Shown here one piece after another: positions 7,261-17,151 of a stretch of 44,091 bases of DNA. How positions within the stretch are numbered: the stretch's first letter is position 1; each line of letters opens with the position of its first letter. The notes under the pieces are model-generated. The model saw nothing but the letters and a program-made list of their open reading frames with translations. It had not been told where the DNA came from and did not search any database. The translations under genes were made by a program, and so were the position numbers. The DNA is from Thermomicrobiales bacterium (lineage in GTDB: Bacteria; Chloroflexota; Chloroflexia; Thermomicrobiales; JALYUS01), in the NCBI GenBank assembly GCA_050999735.1, contig JBPCPB010000284.1, positions 1 to 44,091 of the forward strand. Direction: 5' to 3'.

Positions 7261-8772
7261 ATGCAACGAGAGACACGCTTGAATCGCCGTCATTTCCTCG
7301 CTGGCATCGCCGCAACTGCGGGGACGGCGATTCTTGCCGCATGTGGCGGTGGGGTGGATACGAGCACACTGACACCCCTGTCCGCGACGAGCGTCCCGCA
7401 GGCGGCTACTGGGAGTGGCGGCATCACGACGGCGGGAGGTACCACAGCGACGGGCAGCAGCGCGAGCGGGAGTGCCGGTGCCGCAACCGCCATCCCGAAA
7501 CCGTCGGGTAACTTCGATTTCGCGCCCGCGCTCAAGAAAGGCGTGACGCTGCGTTACCAAACCTTCTGGACCCAATTCCTCATCGATACATTGAAGCAAT
7601 CCGTGACGGACTTCACGCAGCGCACGGGCATTAACGTCAACATCGAATCGTTCGCGGGATCGGCCGATTATCGCCAGAATCTGGCGACGACGATGGCGGC
7701 AGGAACGGCGGCGGATGTCTTCATCGCCGATGATTATAATATGGTCAAGTACTTTGACGCGGGTCTGATCCTCGATCTCACCGACCGCGTGAAGGCGGAT
7801 GGGATTGACCTCAATAAAGACTACGGCCTGATTGGAATTGAGCAATATTGCGGCAAGACGTACATGCTGCCATTCGATCTCAGCCCGCACGCGTGGTACT
7901 ACAACAAGACCATGCTCAAGGAGGCGGGGGCGAAGGATCCGTGGGATGATCTCAATGGGCAATGGACCTTCGATGACTTTCGCGAGATCGCGCTGAAAGT
8001 GACCCAGACAGGTGGAGGCAAGCGCTGGGGTGCGCAATTGGATCCCCAAATCCAGTATCAGTGGCAACCGATCATCGACACCTACGGTGGTGCGGTAACC
8101 GACTTCAAGGCGAATCCGCCGAAGTACGCGATCGATCAGCCGAAATCCATCGAAGCAATCACGATGATCGTCAAGTGGTATCGGGATGACAAGATCATCC
8201 TGCCACCCGACCAGAGCAAGGCCTTCACCGATCAGGGGATTACGTCGCCCTTCGCCTCCAAACTCGTCGGCTTTATGGAGAAGAGCAGCACGCAACAAAT
8301 CCTGTACCTCACTCAGAACGTCAAGGACTTCGAGTGGGACATCGCGCCGCCGCTGCGGAAGACGAAGGATGTCACACCGATCGGTCATGCGGATGGCGAT
8401 CCCACGGCGGTTTTCGCGAAGACGAAGTACCCCGACGAGGCATATGCCTTCGCCAAACACCTCGCCGGTCCCGTCACCCAGGAAATCTTTGCGAGAACCC
8501 AACTGGTCATGCCGGCGCTCAAGGCAGCGGGCACTAGTGACGCTTACCTCAAGGCGCCGCCCAAACATATGCGGGTCTTTCCCGACATCCTCCATTCATA
8601 CCGCACCTCGTTCTGGCACGGCAACGGTCTGGAAGTGAACACGGACTTCGACAACTTTGCGGAGGAACTCGTCCTCGGTACCAAGCAGCCGAGCGACGCG
8701 ACTGCGGTCACCAAGGCGGAGAACGCCAAGATTAGCCTTGGTACTTGCGTCCCTTCGTACGTTGGTTCCTGA
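7261..8772 (+). CDS. Sugar ABC transporter substrate-binding lipoprotein (SBP family 1), Tat signal
   Basis: The signal RLNRRHFLAGIAATAGTAILAAC GGG is nearly identical to that of the 3902 gene. AGGAGG RBS at 7249-7254. Confidence 0.9.
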   Translation: MQRETRLNRRHFLAGIAATAGTAILAACGGGVDTSTLTPLSATSVPQAATGSGGITTAGGTTATGSSASGSAGAATAIPKPSGNFDFAPALKKGVTLRYQTFWTQFLIDTLKQSVTDFTQRTGINVNIESFAGSADYRQNLATTMAAGTAADVFIADDYNMVKYFDAGLILDLTDRVKADGIDLNKDYGLIGIEQYCGKTYMLPFDLSPHAWYYNKTMLKEAGAKDPWDDLNGQWTFDDFREIALKVTQTGGGKRWGAQLDPQIQYQWQPIIDTYGGAVTDFKANPPKYAIDQPKSIEAITMIVKWYRDDKIILPPDQSKAFTDQGITSPFASKLVGFMEKSSTQQILYLTQNVKDFEWDIAPPLRKTKDVTPIGHADGDPTAVFAKTKYPDEAYAFAKHLAGPVTQEIFARTQLVMPALKAAGTSDAYLKAPPKHMRVFPDILHSYRTSFWHGNGLEVNTDFDNFAEELVLGTKQPSDATAVTKAENAKISLGTCVPSYVGS

Positions 8773-8804
8773 CCGCCTCGCATCTTGACGTTCAGTATGT
8801 CTTC

Positions 8805-8831
8805 CTCCACTCCCGCGCGCTGGGAGCGGAG
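8805..8831 (+). other. Stem-loop 3' of the SBP gene
   Basis: CTCC-a-CTCCC, loop GCGCGCT, then GGGAG-c-GGAG. Nine pairs with one symmetric mismatch. Confidence 0.3.
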
Positions 8832-8845
8832 GACAGGAGGAACCC

Positions 8846-9799
8846 ATGGTAGTACGAGCAGCGCCGACTGCCCTCATCCAAGCGCAGCAAGAGAAGCGAC
8901 ATCGGACGTTGGGCGAGCGCCTCCGCCGCAATCTGCCTGGCTATCTCTTCATTGCGCCCTGGCTGTTCGGCTTCTTCGTCTTCACCTTCGGTCCCTTCCT
9001 CTACTCCCTCTATCTCTCCTTCACCGACTGGCATATCCTCGGCTCTCCTCATTGGATCGGCCTCTCCAACTACCGTGCCATCCTCACCGCCGATCCCCTT
9101 TTCCGCATCACGCTGAAAAACACCGTCTATTACGGCATCTTCCATGTGATCGGGGTCAACCTCATTTCGCTCGCCCTCGCGCAGTTGCTCAATCAGAAGC
9201 TGCGTGGCTTCCCGCTCTTCCGCACGCTCTTCTACCTGCCCACAGTCACGAGCGGCGTCGCTACCGCGCTGGTCTTCTCGCTGATGTTCAATGGGAACAC
9301 CGGCATCATCAACGCCTTTCTGAACATCTTCGGCATTAAGGGACCAAACTGGCTCTTCAGCGCGCAGTGGACGATGCCGGCCCTCATCCTGATGAGCCTC
9401 TGGGATATCGGCACGCCGATGATCATCTACCTCGCCGCCCTGCAGAACGTGCCGACCGGCCTGACCGAGGCGGCGCTAATCGACGGTGCCGGACGCTGGC
9501 AGCGCTTCCGCTCGGTGATCCTGCCGCTCATCTCCCCAGCCATCTTCTTCAACGTGATCGTCGGCATCATCGGCGCGTTCAAGGTCTTCACCCCCGCCAA
9601 GGTGATCACCAATGGCGGCCCGGCCAATCACACGCTCTTCTATGTCCTCTACCTCTACCGTCAGGCGTTCGAGAACCTGCGCATGGGCTACGCTTCCGCG
9701 CTCGGCTGGCTCCTCTTCCTGATCATTTTCGCCTTCTCCGCAGTGCAATTGGTCGTCTCCCGTCGCTGGGTCTATTACGAATCGGGGGATGGCGTATGA
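8846..9799 (+). CDS. Sugar ABC transporter permease
   Basis: AGGAGGA RBS, multiple TM helices, EAA loop LTEAALIDGAGRWQRFRSVILPL. Confidence 0.9.
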   Translation: MVVRAAPTALIQAQQEKRHRTLGERLRRNLPGYLFIAPWLFGFFVFTFGPFLYSLYLSFTDWHILGSPHWIGLSNYRAILTADPLFRITLKNTVYYGIFHVIGVNLISLALAQLLNQKLRGFPLFRTLFYLPTVTSGVATALVFSLMFNGNTGIINAFLNIFGIKGPNWLFSAQWTMPALILMSLWDIGTPMIIYLAALQNVPTGLTEAALIDGAGRWQRFRSVILPLISPAIFFNVIVGIIGAFKVFTPAKVITNGGPANHTLFYVLYLYRQAFENLRMGYASALGWLLFLIIFAFSAVQLVVSRRWVYYESGDGV

Positions 9800-10674
9800 G
9801 CAGCACGAGGGCCAATACGTTGATCCAGTCCGACGTGCACGCAAAGCGCACGCGCGTGCCGCTCGGCAAGATCCTGCTCTATGCCATGACGATCGCCTTC
9901 GGCTTCCTCTTCGCCCTACCCTTCCTCTGGATGCTTAGTACCGCCTTCAAGTCGCGCGCGGAACTGAACCTCTTCCCGCCGAGCATCACGCCCATCCACT
10001 GGACACCATCGAACTTCGCCAAAATCTGGAGCGTTCAGCCGTTCGCGCGCTTCCTGATCAACAGCGGCCTGTACGCGGGCGGCGCGGTGATTGGCACGGT
10101 GCTATCGAGCACGCTCGTGGCCTACGGGTTCGCGCGGCTGAAATTCTGGGGACGCAACGTCTGGTTCGTGGTGCTCCTCGCGACGCTGATGCTGCCGAGC
10201 CAGGTGCTCTTCATCCCGCAGTACATTCTCTTCCGCGATCTCGGCTGGCTGAACTCGCTCAAGCCGCTCGTCGTCCCGACCTTCTTCGGCAATCCGTTCT
10301 ACATCTTCCTGATCCGACAGTTCCTGCGTACGCTGCCGCGATCGCTCGATGAGGCGGCGCTCTTGGACGGAGCGACCCAGTGGCAGGTCTTCACCCGGAT
10401 CATCCTGCCGCTCTGCCGCCCGATCCTCGTCACGGTGGCGGCGTTCACATTCGTCGCCCATTGGAACGACTACCTTGGCCCGCTGATCTATCTGCGAGAT
10501 CCGAGCCGCATGACGGCGGCGGTGGGGATCCTGCTGTTTCGGGGCGATCAGGAGACACTGGTCTCATGGGTGATGGCGGCGGCGGTGATCACGGTGATTC
10601 CGGTGGTGCTGGTCTTCCTCTGGACGCAGAAGTACTACGTGCAGGGTATCGCCACGACCGGTGGTAAGGAGTGA
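9796..10674 (+). CDS. Sugar ABC transporter permease
   Basis: The real start is ATG 9796, overlapping the upstream stop (ATGA). The N-terminal 143 codons of tracked ORF 9367..10674 are an out-of-frame overlap with the previous permease. EAA loop LDEAALLDGATQWQVFTRIILPL. Confidence 0.9.
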   Translation: MSSTRANTLIQSDVHAKRTRVPLGKILLYAMTIAFGFLFALPFLWMLSTAFKSRAELNLFPPSITPIHWTPSNFAKIWSVQPFARFLINSGLYAGGAVIGTVLSSTLVAYGFARLKFWGRNVWFVVLLATLMLPSQVLFIPQYILFRDLGWLNSLKPLVVPTFFGNPFYIFLIRQFLRTLPRSLDEAALLDGATQWQVFTRIILPLCRPILVTVAAFTFVAHWNDYLGPLIYLRDPSRMTAAVGILLFRGDQETLVSWVMAAAVITVIPVVLVFLWTQKYYVQGIATTGGKE

Positions 10675-10675
10675 G

Positions 10676-11476
10676 ATGGATAAGGGGGGATTGGTGAACG
10701 AACATCGCGTATCGCTTCATTTTGCCTATAGCACGATCAACTGGGGTGCGACGTGCGATCTCCCGGCCGCGCTCGCGGAGATCCGTCAGACAGGATGGGG
10801 AGCGGTTGAACTCTTTGGTCATTCGCTCGATTGGCTCGGACCGCCCTCTGTGCTCGCGGAGTCTCTCGATGGTTTGCGTGTCGCGACGTTGTTTGGTTCC
10901 GTCGCCCTGCCCGTTGATGAAAGACAGCGCACCACGCATAAGCGGCGGATTGACTACGCAGCTCAGTTCGATGTCGCTGCATACGGGTTGGTTGGCGGCC
11001 AACGGCTCCGCTATCGACCGCCGACTACAGCGGAATACGCCGAACTCTCCGCATTTCTCGAGGAACTAGCGATCTACGGGGCGGCCAAAGGCGTGATGGT
11101 TTCTTACCATCCGCACACGGGCTGCACCGTCGAGACCGCAGAGGAGATCGACTTCCTGCTCCAGGGAACGGCGGCGCTCAGACTCTGTCTCGATGCGTCC
11201 CACATCGCGCTCGTCGATGAGGATCCAATAGCCACCTTTCATCGCTTCTGGGACCGCATCGGCTACATCCACCTGAAGGACTGGGCGCGGGGTAAATTCG
11301 TCGAACTCGGCCAGGGAACGGTCGGGATCGACTTCGCCGCAATTCTCCGCGACCTCGATGCGCGGCAATTCGCGGGCTGGGTGGTGATCGAGAACAGCCG
11401 CAGCGATCTCTCTCCGGCGACCAGCGCACGCGTCAATGCCGACTATCTCACCGGGCTTGGCTACAGCATTCGATAG
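10676..11476 (+). CDS. Xylose-isomerase-like TIM-barrel protein (sugar phosphate isomerase/epimerase family)
   Basis: AAGGAG RBS at 10666-10671 and ATG at 10676. Family-typical blocks (GWGAVELFG, YHPHTG, GYIHLKD). Confidence 0.8.
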   Translation: MDKGGLVNEHRVSLHFAYSTINWGATCDLPAALAEIRQTGWGAVELFGHSLDWLGPPSVLAESLDGLRVATLFGSVALPVDERQRTTHKRRIDYAAQFDVAAYGLVGGQRLRYRPPTTAEYAELSAFLEELAIYGAAKGVMVSYHPHTGCTVETAEEIDFLLQGTAALRLCLDASHIALVDEDPIATFHRFWDRIGYIHLKDWARGKFVELGQGTVGIDFAAILRDLDARQFAGWVVIENSRSDLSPATSARVNADYLTGLGYSIR

Positions 11477-11487
11477 GAGGAACCTGT

Positions 11488-12702
11488 ATGGCACTAACCG
11501 TTGCGCTTTTCGGCTGTGGTGGCATGGGGCGCCGACACATCGTTGGTTTCCAGAAATTAAAGGGGATTGGCCGGGATGACATCGCCCTGGTGGCCGTCTG
11601 CGACATTGATCGCGTGAATGCGGAACTAGCACGCGACCGGGCGGTCGAACTGCTCGGCGCGGAGCCGCAAATTTTCTCATCGTTCGACGCGTTGCGCCGG
11701 GCAATGCCCGATCTCGATGCAATCATTGTGACGACCCCACCCCATCTGCACGCCGTGATCGGCGTCGAGGCGCTCGAGGCAGGCGTGCATGTGATGGTGG
11801 AGAAGCCCATCGCGTTAACCGTCCGGCAAAGCCTGCAACTGATCGCGGCCGCTGAACGGACCGGCCAGAAACTCGCTGTGGCGGAGAACTACCGACGCGA
11901 TCCGATCAATCGACTAGCGAAATCAATTATCGACTCGGGCACTCTCGGACGTGTTTTCCTCGGGGTGCAATCCTCGTCAGGATCAGGCGAACGAGTCATC
12001 ATCACACCGTGGCGTCATCAGCGGCAGTCCGGCGGCATCATCGTGGACATGGGTATCCATTATACGGACCTCCTCGAATACTTTCTTGGGCCCATCGATC
12101 AGGTTATCGGGATGAGTGGCCAAGTCGACAGTCAGCGACGCGACGTGACCGGTATGTGGCACCCGGTCGACGCGGAAGATCTCTCGGTCGGCGTCGCCCG
12201 TTTCCGGAGCGGCGCGCTCGCGAACTGGATGCTAAATCTTGCCGGGCGCGGCGAGCCGCACTTCACACGAGTCTTCTATGGCACGAAGGGATCGCTCTCC
12301 GTTCCCCGCGATCGCTCGGGGCGTCCGCTCGCGTTGACCCTCCGTCAAGAGGGTAAGGATGTGCCACTACCGGAGACCGAGCACCTAGCGCTCGTCCCCG
12401 ACTTCACACTCGACGCGACGACCGCAGCGCTCTTCGGGGGGGATCGGCTCTCGTCCTACACCATGGAATTTGCCGATATTGATGCGAATCTGCTGGCGAT
12501 TGAGCTGGCTGATTTCGCCGACGCGATTGTCACCGGTCGCACGCCAGAGGTCACGGGACATGAAGGTCTCCGGGCACTCGCGGTGGTGTACGGCTTTCTC
12601 GAGTCCGAGCGATCAGGCGGTACGGTCTTCATCGACCGCTTCATGCGCGGCGAAGAATCGTCCTATCTAAGCGAAATCGAGACATCGAAAGTGGGGGGCT
12701 GA
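11488..12702 (+). CDS. Gfo/Idh/MocA-family NAD(P)-dependent oxidoreductase
   Basis: N-terminal Rossmann motif ALFGCGGMGRRH and the family EKP motif (VMVEKPIALT). AGGAGG RBS. Confidence 0.85.
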   Translation: MALTVALFGCGGMGRRHIVGFQKLKGIGRDDIALVAVCDIDRVNAELARDRAVELLGAEPQIFSSFDALRRAMPDLDAIIVTTPPHLHAVIGVEALEAGVHVMVEKPIALTVRQSLQLIAAAERTGQKLAVAENYRRDPINRLAKSIIDSGTLGRVFLGVQSSSGSGERVIITPWRHQRQSGGIIVDMGIHYTDLLEYFLGPIDQVIGMSGQVDSQRRDVTGMWHPVDAEDLSVGVARFRSGALANWMLNLAGRGEPHFTRVFYGTKGSLSVPRDRSGRPLALTLRQEGKDVPLPETEHLALVPDFTLDATTAALFGGDRLSSYTMEFADIDANLLAIELADFADAIVTGRTPEVTGHEGLRALAVVYGFLESERSGGTVFIDRFMRGEESSYLSEIETSKVGG

Positions 12703-13679
12703 TGGTTGCGTGGGCCGGTACCCTCGACTTCGGCGTGGTCCATCCGCTCGCCTTCCTGGAGTGCCGGGAAGGTGGCGGGCCAATGCTCGAAACGCTGCAA
12801 ACAATCGTCGACGACGAGACCTTCGGGGCGGTCGAGATCGCCCCAATCCCGGACCGCGTGTTGCGGGCGCGGGTTCGCGCGCTGCTACAGGAGGCGGCAC
12901 TCCAGGTTGTGTACCTGCCGATCCTCCCGATTATCTTCGCGGATCTCGGTATCGGGAGCCTCGATGACGCACGGCGACGAGAAGCGATTTGCCGACTGCA
13001 GGAACTGATCGATCAGGCGATCGAGTTTGACGCGCCGCTCGCCATGGTAACTGGCCCGCGCGATCCCGGCCCCGCGCTCCGGGGGGCGGTCGCCGAGCGC
13101 TTGGCCGAAGACTTCCGAGAACTGTGTGACTACGCGGATCACCGGGCGCGCAGACGGCGGCTGCACCTCACCTTCGAACACTTCGACCGCGATATCGAGA
13201 AGAAGCGGATGATCGGGCCGACCACCGAGGCAGTTATGCTCGCGGAAGCAGTTGATCGCTCGAACTTCGGCCTGACCGTCGATCTCAGCCATCTGCCGCT
13301 CCTCGGTGAGTCGTCTGCGGACGCCATTCGCATTGCCGCGCCGCATCTCATCCACGCCCACATCGGCAACTGCGTGGCGGATAACTCCGCGATCCCCTTC
13401 TTCGGTGACTTCCATCCGCGCTTCGGCCATCCGGAAGGTCGAAACGACGTGCCAGAAGTCATCGAATTCCTCCGCGCATTGCAGGGAGCCGACTATTTCA
13501 CGCGGGCGCGCGCGCGGCTGGATGTGACACCGATCCTCTCGATGGAAAGCCGACCGAATCAGATGGACCACGAGAGCAGTGCCACGATTATTGCCAATGG
13601 CAAGCGAACGTTTCTCCGCGCGTGGGCGTGTGCCTCGCGCAAGGAGACACGAGACGGGAATGTTCACGGGATGGTATAG
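12702..13679 (+). CDS. Xylose-isomerase-like TIM-barrel protein (second copy, divergent)
   Basis: The start overlaps the upstream stop (TGATG). TIM-barrel family blocks (LTFEHF, VDLSHL, HAHIGN). Confidence 0.7.
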   Translation: MVAWAGTLDFGVVHPLAFLECREGGGPMLETLQTIVDDETFGAVEIAPIPDRVLRARVRALLQEAALQVVYLPILPIIFADLGIGSLDDARRREAICRLQELIDQAIEFDAPLAMVTGPRDPGPALRGAVAERLAEDFRELCDYADHRARRRRLHLTFEHFDRDIEKKRMIGPTTEAVMLAEAVDRSNFGLTVDLSHLPLLGESSADAIRIAAPHLIHAHIGNCVADNSAIPFFGDFHPRFGHPEGRNDVPEVIEFLRALQGADYFTRARARLDVTPILSMESRPNQMDHESSATIIANGKRTFLRAWACASRKETRDGNVHGMV

Positions 13680-13694
13680 GGCTGGCGTCCAGCC
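13680..13694 (+). other. Short GC hairpin directly after the stop codon
   Basis: GGCTGG, loop CGT, CCAGCC, followed by a TGTTTGT stretch. A weak terminator candidate. Confidence 0.25.
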
Positions 13695-13780
13695 ACAGTG
13701 TTTGTAGGGAGTGTAGGCAATGTGTCGTGTTCCCCACAGGGCGTGTTGATTGGACACGTACTATTCATAGGAGGTTTGGT

Positions 13781-14074
13781 GTGATTGTTCTCGTTGCGAA
13801 GTACCATGTGAAGCCCGGTAGTGGTGATACGATCCAGGATGCACTTACGCGGATGGCCCCGCTCGTCGCGGCGGGAGAGCCCGGCTGTCGGCTGTATCAC
13901 GTCGCCCGATCTAACGATAACCCGGATCTCTTCCTCCTTTACGAGCACTACACCGACGAAGCGGCACTGGCGGCGCACCGCGAGACTCCGCACTATAGGG
14001 AGATTGTCGAGGGCACGATTGTGCCGCTGCTCGAGAAGCGGGAGCGCGAAGTCTATACCCTGGCCGTGGGATAG
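13781..14074 (+). CDS. ABM-domain (antibiotic biosynthesis monooxygenase-like) small protein
   Basis: AGGAGG RBS at 13769-13774 and GTG start at 13781. It is a 97-aa ferredoxin-like alpha+beta protein (VLVAKYHVKPG...LFLLYEHYTDEAALAAHRETPHY). Confidence 0.75.
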   Translation: MIVLVAKYHVKPGSGDTIQDALTRMAPLVAAGEPGCRLYHVARSNDNPDLFLLYEHYTDEAALAAHRETPHYREIVEGTIVPLLEKREREVYTLAVG

Positions 14075-14226
14075 CCGGGGCGCACACACGCTTGGCACCC
14101 CGTACGGCGAGGCAATCAACGGCGTGTACATATCGGTTCACTGCGGGGATACGCCTATGCGCGATGACCAACGAAGCCATTTGCGGTGTATGGAATCCGT
14201 AGCGGGGCAGAGATGAAGGGGCTTGC

Positions 14227-15201
14227 ATGCGACTCGTCTCATTTCGGATAGCAACGCCAGTAGGATCGTGGACACGAATCGGCGCGATCGGTGTGCATAA
14301 CCGGGTTGTTGATCTCAGGATGGCATACCAACATGTGCTCGTCGCCTCCGGGGCGACCGAGCAATCGGCAGAGCGGATCAGTGAGGCCATCATTCCGAGC
14401 GACATGGTAGCGTTCATCGAGGGCGGGCCTCGTGCCCTCGACGCGGCCCGTGAGGCCCTCGCGTGGGCGAGCGAGCATGAAGGCGATGGCGAGTCGGTCT
14501 CCCATGCGCTCGGCGATCTGACGCTGCTCGCGCCCGTGCCCCATCCGCCACTGCTGCGGGATTTCATGGCGTTCGAAACGCATCTCAAGAATATCTACCC
14601 GAAACTCGGTCGCGCCATCCCGACGGAGTGGTACAAGATGCCCGTTTATTACAAGGGTAACCCGGCCAGCATCGCTGGCGACGGCGACACAATCCCGATT
14701 CCTTCCTACGCGGACGAACTTGACTTCGAATTCGAAATCGCCTTCGTGATCGGGAAGGGCGGCAGCAATATCCCGCGCGAGCGGGCGCTGGAACATGTCT
14801 TCGGCTTCATGATTTACAACGACTTCAGCGCGCGGACGATCCAGAGCCGCGAGATGGAGGTTGGTCTCGGCCCCGCGAAAGGCAAAGACTTCATGCATGG
14901 GCACGTCTTCGGGCCGACCCTCGTGACGATGGACGAGATCGAGAATATCTATGACATGCCGATGCACGCACGCATCAACGGCGAACTCTGGTGCGCCTCC
15001 AACTCCGGCACGATCTACTGGAAATTCGAGGACATGATCGCGCACGCGTCATTGGACGAGTATCTCCTACCGGGCGAAATCTTCGGCTCCGGCACGGTAG
15101 GTGGAGGCGCGGGGGCGGAGATTGGCCGTTTCCTCAAGCGAGGCGACACAGTGGAACTCGCGGTCGAACCACTCGGGGCGCTGCGGAACGTTATCGGCTA
15201 A
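14227..15201 (+). CDS. Fumarylacetoacetate hydrolase (FAH) family protein
   Basis: FAH C-terminal domain blocks (YYKGNPASIAGDGDTIPIP, ELDFEFEIAFVIGK, GEIFGSGTVGGG). Confidence 0.85.
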   Translation: MRLVSFRIATPVGSWTRIGAIGVHNRVVDLRMAYQHVLVASGATEQSAERISEAIIPSDMVAFIEGGPRALDAAREALAWASEHEGDGESVSHALGDLTLLAPVPHPPLLRDFMAFETHLKNIYPKLGRAIPTEWYKMPVYYKGNPASIAGDGDTIPIPSYADELDFEFEIAFVIGKGGSNIPRERALEHVFGFMIYNDFSARTIQSREMEVGLGPAKGKDFMHGHVFGPTLVTMDEIENIYDMPMHARINGELWCASNSGTIYWKFEDMIAHASLDEYLLPGEIFGSGTVGGGAGAEIGRFLKRGDTVELAVEPLGALRNVIG

Positions 15202-15255
15202 GATTGGCTCCGGTCTCATCAGGAGATAGTCGAGATTGCAGAGGGGAGAACCCAC

Positions 15256-16293
15256 ATGTCGCGCGTCCAGTTCGGTTTTTGTGTGCCTATCTTTGCCGCC
15301 CCCGGCTTCCAGCTGTTCCGCACCCCGTCCTACCCCGAACTCGACACCGCGCGGACGATGAGCCTGGCGCGGCAAGCTGAGGCATTGGGATACGACTCTA
15401 TCTGGGTCGCCGATCATTTGATGCGTGGAAAGGAGAACGCCATCCTTGAAGGATGGACCGTACTCGCGGCGCTCGCCGGAAGCACGACCCGTGTGACACT
15501 CGGCCTGATTCACCAGACGCATTTCTTCCGGCCGCCAGCGCTCGTCGCTAAGATGGTAACGACGCTCGATCAGATCAGCAATGGGCGCTTCGTCTATTTC
15601 CTCGATTGCGGCAATCAGCGCGACGAATATCTGGCATACGGACTGCCGTGGGACGACGACATCGAGGCGCGCGTCGCGCAGATGGTGGAGGGTCTGGAAC
15701 TCACGCTCGCTCTCTGGGGATCGCGCGAGGCCGTGACCTTTGAAGGTGCCCACTATCGCCTGGGCGGTGCCGTGTGCAATCCCGGTCCCGTGCAGCAGCC
15801 CCATCCGCCGATCTGGTTCGGCGGCGTGAATCCGGCGATGCTCCGCGCCTGCGCGCGCTACGGGCAGGGCTGGAACACCACCCCGACCTCCGTGCAGCAG
15901 GTGCGGGAACACATCCGAGCGCTGTCAGTGGCATGTGCCGAAGCGGGCCGCTCCGCTTCTGAATTGGAGAAGAGCCTGGAAATGCAGGTGTTGATTGCAC
16001 CCGATCGGGAGACTCTGCGCCATCGTCTGCAGACGATTGTGGATCTCCATCCGTCGGGGCAGCCGCCGGCCCCTTCACTCCAAGCCTTCCTTGTCGGCGA
16101 GACGGACGTGATCCCGGAGATGGACAGAGTCGCGATCATTGGCACGCCGGAGGAAGTGCGGCAGCGGATTCAGGAGTACATCGATGCGGGCATCGTGCAT
16201 TTCCTGCTCTGGTTTCTCGATACACCGAGCGACGAGGGAATGACTCTCTTCGCCGAGCGCGTCTTGCCATCATTTCGGGCCGCGTCGGCGTGA
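15256..16293 (+). CDS. LLM-class (luciferase-like) flavin/F420-dependent oxidoreductase
   Basis: Blocks GYDSIWVADHLM and RVTLGLIH..., with a TIM-barrel LLM pattern. Confidence 0.8.
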   Translation: MSRVQFGFCVPIFAAPGFQLFRTPSYPELDTARTMSLARQAEALGYDSIWVADHLMRGKENAILEGWTVLAALAGSTTRVTLGLIHQTHFFRPPALVAKMVTTLDQISNGRFVYFLDCGNQRDEYLAYGLPWDDDIEARVAQMVEGLELTLALWGSREAVTFEGAHYRLGGAVCNPGPVQQPHPPIWFGGVNPAMLRACARYGQGWNTTPTSVQQVREHIRALSVACAEAGRSASELEKSLEMQVLIAPDRETLRHRLQTIVDLHPSGQPPAPSLQAFLVGETDVIPEMDRVAIIGTPEEVRQRIQEYIDAGIVHFLLWFLDTPSDEGMTLFAERVLPSFRAASA

Positions 16294-16329
16294 CACCAGA
16301 ATAGACCGAGGAATAGGAGTGAAGCAACG

Positions 16330-16998
16330 ATGCAGTACCGGCGGATTATTGATCTGACGCAGCCGCTCGTGCCGGGGCAGGGCGCGCGGCCACTGAGTAT
16401 CGAGCGGGGGCGCACCGAGGAACTGACCGTCCATGTACCGGTGGATCATCCATGGTACATCATGCACCGCGTTCAGACGATCAGCCACATCGGCACGCAC
16501 ATCGAGGCGCCCTACCATTGCTTCCCGGCGGGACGTGACCTCGCCGGCATCCCGCTCGACTGGCTGATCGGCGAGGCGGTCGTTCTCGACCTCAGTATGC
16601 TCGCTCCCGATAGCGTCGCGGGGGCAGCAGAGATGGCCGCCGTCGCGGAGCGGGCGGGCGGCGTGCGCCGGGGCGATATCGCCCTCCTCCTCACCGGCTA
16701 CGCGGGTCGGCAGGAGGACCCGGCGTTCCCGCACCGTCCGAGCCTGACGGCAGATGCGATGGCGTATCTCGTCGAGCGGGGCATCAAGCTCCTCGGTACC
16801 GACCTCTCGGGGCTGGAAGGCCCGAAGACGCCGCAGCATCTCGAATGCCACCTGATACTGCTAGGAAACGACATCCCCTTCATTGAGAACGTGGCGAACC
16901 TGGCGGCACTCAGCCAGCCGCGCGTCTTCGTCTGCGCACTGCCGATCCCGGTGCAAGGGCTCGATGCCTTCCCGCTGCGCGTCGTCGCTCTCGAATGA
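16330..16998 (+). CDS. Cyclase-family protein (kynurenine formamidase-like fold)
   Basis: IDLTQPL near the N-terminus and a metal motif HIGTHIEAPYH (HxGTHxDxPxH-like). Confidence 0.8.
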   Translation: MQYRRIIDLTQPLVPGQGARPLSIERGRTEELTVHVPVDHPWYIMHRVQTISHIGTHIEAPYHCFPAGRDLAGIPLDWLIGEAVVLDLSMLAPDSVAGAAEMAAVAERAGGVRRGDIALLLTGYAGRQEDPAFPHRPSLTADAMAYLVERGIKLLGTDLSGLEGPKTPQHLECHLILLGNDIPFIENVANLAALSQPRVFVCALPIPVQGLDAFPLRVVALE

Positions 16999-17151
16999 GG
17001 CGAGCCGAACGATGCATAGGCTTGGCGAGGTATATCTCGGCGGTTGGATAGATCACGCGGGCTGGTTTGCACTACTCGTTGACGATGATTGTGCCGACAT
17101 TCCCTATCTCCGAGTCGGCGCAGACTGATTTTTCCACATCGGAGGCTACCC

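Noticed and set aside
7240-8595. 451-aa ORF on the minus strand, antisense to the second SBP gene
   Set aside because: This is a typical GC-rich shadow ORF. It is Arg/Gly/Asp-rich with no motifs and no RBS. The plus-strand frame encodes a clear SBP with a signal peptide.
9367-9795. N-terminal 143-codon extension of the permease ORF 9367-10674
   Set aside because: It is out of frame with, but fully overlaps, the preceding permease gene. The sequence is Arg/Pro-rich. The true start, ATG 9796, overlaps the upstream stop codon.
10676-13679. Interpretation of TIM barrel + Gfo/Idh/MocA + TIM barrel as a myo-inositol (IolE/IolG/IolI) cluster
   Set aside because: No IolB, IolC, IolD or IolA-type genes are in the window, so a complete iol pathway is not supported. 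It is kept only as an alternative to be excluded by homology search.
10676-13679. Interpretation as a complete C-glycoside deglycosidase (DgpA/DgpB/DgpC)
   Set aside because: As far as I recall, the characterised C-C cleaving enzyme needs a small non-TIM beta subunit. No such small gene is adjacent. Only the oxidoreductase/TIM-barrel theme is shared.
13781-14074. ABM-domain protein as L-rhamnose mutarotase (RhaM)
   Set aside because: The size and fold class are similar, but the sequence looks like a generic ABM/YgiN-type protein. It lacks the RhaM-type blocks I remember, so no mutarotase call is made.
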